Program-made: the position numbers and the translations under genes | The notes under the pieces: generated by a model | The model's database searches: none | What the model saw: only the letters and a program-made list of their open reading frames with translations | What the model was told of the DNA's origin: nothing | Shown: positions 55,179 through 57,382 of the stretch, piece by piece | Layout of the letters: each line of letters opens with the position of its first letter | How positions within the stretch are numbered: position 1 is the first letter of the stretch | IMG/VR virus record: IMGVR_UViG_3300010384_000007 | Coordinates: 1 to 57,382 of that record | Strand: one strand, 5' to 3' | DNA: 57,382 bases | Source of the DNA: a virus | Taxonomy: Duplodnaviria; Caudoviricetes

Positions 55179-56125
55179 TGAGCACGATTCCCATGCCGAC
55201 ACGGTCAGTCATGCCATCGCTGCGCGAACGGGTTCGACGGGCCGCTCCACGTCCCACAACGACACGGATTCTCCGGCCAAGCGGCGAGGCCATTCTCGAA
55301 TGGATCGGCGTCAACGATCTGATGGTTGACGACTACCAGCGGAAGGTCAGCACCAAGCGCGTACACGAGATCGTGCGCAACTTTAACTCCGACACATTCG
55401 GCATCATCACCGTTGCGCTCCGTGAGAACGGCGACCTCTACGTTGTCGATGGGCAGCATCGCGTGTCGGCTATCAAACGGATGCAGGGCGAGGGCGAGAA
55501 CCAAGAAGTGCTCTGCGTTGTGATCTCGGGATGGACATCGACCGAAGAGGCCAAGTTCTTCTCGGAAAGCCAGCGGTCCCGCGCCTCGATTACCCCTGGC
55601 CAAGCGCACCATGCTGAGGTCTTCGCCCACGACCCGACGGCCGCCGCCATCGACGCGGCGGTCCGGAAAGCGGGGTATCACATCGCCCCGCAGGATGACT
55701 CCGAACGGAGCGGGCGAATCAAGGCGGTTGGCGCACTGTATCGCATTGCCAACACCTACGGCGTGGAGTTCTTGGAGTGGGCGCTGGTGCTGTGCGCGTC
55801 GTCGTGGGGATCGGTGAATGCGCCGATGGAGCCCACGATCAACGGGGTCACACAGTTCTTGGTGATGTATCCCAGCGCTGACATCAAGCGACTCGCCGCC
55901 AAGATGGGTGCGGTATCGGAGGAAGAGCTGATCGCCAAGGGGCGCGAGATCGCAACCTCGATGGGCTATCGCGTCCAGGAAGGGATCGCGAGGGAACTCT
56001 TCAATCGCTACAACACCAAGATGTCCTCCCATCGGTTGACCGGATTCGAGGACCAGCTCGAAGGCGTCCGGCGCTATCAGAAGCGTGCAGGGGTTGCGCC
56101 TCGCACGCCGGGCGCACAGCGATGA
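55178..56125 (+). CDS. ParB-like/DGQHR-motif protein (DUF6551-like)
   Basis: YQR and YVVDGQHR motifs. Confidence 0.8.
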   Translation: MSTIPMPTRSVMPSLRERVRRAAPRPTTTRILRPSGEAILEWIGVNDLMVDDYQRKVSTKRVHEIVRNFNSDTFGIITVALRENGDLYVVDGQHRVSAIKRMQGEGENQEVLCVVISGWTSTEEAKFFSESQRSRASITPGQAHHAEVFAHDPTAAAIDAAVRKAGYHIAPQDDSERSGRIKAVGALYRIANTYGVEFLEWALVLCASSWGSVNAPMEPTINGVTQFLVMYPSADIKRLAAKMGAVSEEELIAKGREIATSMGYRVQEGIARELFNRYNTKMSSHRLTGFEDQLEGVRRYQKRAGVAPRTPGAQR

Positions 56126-56868
56126 TCGCCGTGCAAACCCGGTTCGCCTACAGCGACCTTGCCCCCGACACGCGCAGCATCGTGGAGGCGGCAACTGACC
56201 GCCTCCACACCCTCGAACGCAAGACCGGCGAGCAGATCATCGAGATGGGGCAGGAGCTCATCCGGGTGAAGCAGGCGCTTGGCCACGGCTTGTTCGGAGC
56301 GTGGCTCAATGCTGAGTTTGGGTGGACGGATCGGACTGCCCGAAACTTCATCGCTGTAGCCGAGAAATTCGGAGGCATATCGGAAAAAATTTCCGATTTC
56401 GCTCCCACCGCTCTGATCCTCCTCGCATCCAACAGCACCCCTCAGGAAGTCCGCGACGAGTTCGTCGCAAAGGTTGAGGCCGGGGAGCGGGTTACCCATC
56501 AAGAGGTAAAGCAGCGGCTCTCTCATAAGGAGACGCAGCGCATCGCGGAGGCGATGCGGAAGCCGACGAGGCAGACAGGGCAGGAGATCGATCCGACCCC
56601 CCGAACATCGGACGACGAGCCCCTCTCCGACCTTCCGTACGTCATGGTGGACCCGCAGACCGGCGAGATCCTCGAAGACCACCAGAACCGAGAAGATGTC
56701 CCGATATCGGCGCAGAAGTCAGCGCCAACACGGCGACCCGCGGAATCGACGGACTCCCTCGAACAGCGGGCACATGCCGTGGCGGCCGATCTCATCGCCG
56801 GTCACGGAGCAATACAGGCGGTACGCATCGCCCGCGCGATCATGGTGCAAACCGGAGGGCAGGCATGA
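56122..56868 (+). CDS. DUF3102-like protein
   Basis: IIEMGQELIRVKQALGHGLFGAWL.AEFGW..RTARNF. Confidence 0.8.
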   Translation: MIAVQTRFAYSDLAPDTRSIVEAATDRLHTLERKTGEQIIEMGQELIRVKQALGHGLFGAWLNAEFGWTDRTARNFIAVAEKFGGISEKISDFAPTALILLASNSTPQEVRDEFVAKVEAGERVTHQEVKQRLSHKETQRIAEAMRKPTRQTGQEIDPTPRTSDDEPLSDLPYVMVDPQTGEILEDHQNREDVPISAQKSAPTRRPAESTDSLEQRAHAVAADLIAGHGAIQAVRIARAIMVQTGGQA

Positions 56869-57164
56869 CCGACGCTGACCTCTGGACGATCGCCCGCGCC
56901 GGATACGAGGCATCCCCCAGCCGCGCCAAGCAGGCATGGGACGCCGCGCCATCCACAGTCCGGTACTGCTGGTACCTCGGTGCCAAACACGTCGTCAGCC
57001 CGGAGGGATCACTCAAGACCCTCCGGCACCACATCCACCCCGGCCTCGACCTGACCCCCTGGCACAAGCTCAACGCTATCCAGGTCCAGCAATACCGCAA
57101 TGTCTACGGGGCGATGCTCAGCACCGCCAAGCGCATCACCGCACGCAATCGCGTGGCGGCGTAG
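56865..57164 (+). CDS. Hypothetical protein
   Basis: GGAGG RBS; ATGA coupling. Confidence 0.55.
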   Translation: MTDADLWTIARAGYEASPSRAKQAWDAAPSTVRYCWYLGAKHVVSPEGSLKTLRHHIHPGLDLTPWHKLNAIQVQQYRNVYGAMLSTAKRITARNRVAA

Positions 57165-57172
57165 GAGACCTC

Positions 57173-57382
57173 ATGGCCAACAAGGCAACGGCGATCATCG
57201 CTGGCTATCTCGCAGCCGACCCGGAGACCAGGTTCACGCCGAACGGGCAGAACCTGCTCACCTTCTCCATCCCCACCTCGACCAAGAAGGGCGGCGAGGA
57301 ACTCACCTCCTGGTGGCGGATCACCGTCTGGGGTAAGCAGGCCGAAGGGCTCGACTCGCTGGCGCAACAGGGGTTGCTCGCC
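57173..57382 (+). CDS. ssb: Single-stranded DNA-binding protein, 5' part (continues at 78..284; about 138 aa in total)
   Basis: AGGAG RBS; MANKATAIIAGYLAADPETRFTPNG...WWRITVWGKQAE OB-fold motifs; in frame across the end overlap. Confidence 0.93.
   Translation, partial: MANKATAIIAGYLAADPETRFTPNGQNLLTFSIPTSTKKGGEELTSWWRITVWGKQAEGLDSLAQQGLLA

Larger units (their letters stand above)
1..57382. mobile_element. Complete (circularly permuted) temperate tailed-phage genome, siphovirus-like
   Basis: Terminase, portal, capsid, tail tube, tape measure, lysis, integrase, repressor and replication genes in canonical order. Ends overlap by 77 bp and ssb reads through the junction. Confidence 0.95.

Overview
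The window looks like a complete, circularly permuted temperate siphovirus genome of about 57,305 bp. The 77-bp end overlap falls inside ssb and differs at 3 synonymous sites. The host is probably Chloroflexota/Thermomicrobia (inference from an AGAAC-N4-GTTCT LexA-type box and the SSB sequence). Gene order: replication/early genes, terminase-portal-head-tail-lysis, accessory right arm, large serine integrase, repressor switch, Bet/RecT-like SSAP, ParB-like gene, ssb. Two separate RAMP (Cas7-superfamily) modules stand out. (1) 14730-16216 is a cassette inserted in the head operon: a divergent Arc-like regulator missed by the ORF track, operator palindromes, a 170-bp non-coding array of GGY-NN pentamers cut into blocks by GGCA, a stand-alone Cas7/RAMP-like gene and a translationally coupled partner. 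It is a candidate RNA-guided system whose guide information lies in the variable NN dinucleotides. (2) 36317-41213 is a type IV-B-like operon (csf1, cas11-like, csf2, csf3, cysH-like) that also carries a glycosyltransferase-like gene and cas6 but has no CRISPR array. Other signals: a structured non-coding region with an anticodon-less tRNA-like element next to the integrase, a shared late-promoter motif with leader terminators/hairpins, a -1 frameshift in the tail chaperone, and a possible internal start in the endolysin. All protein calls come from motif recognition by eye; no database searches were run.
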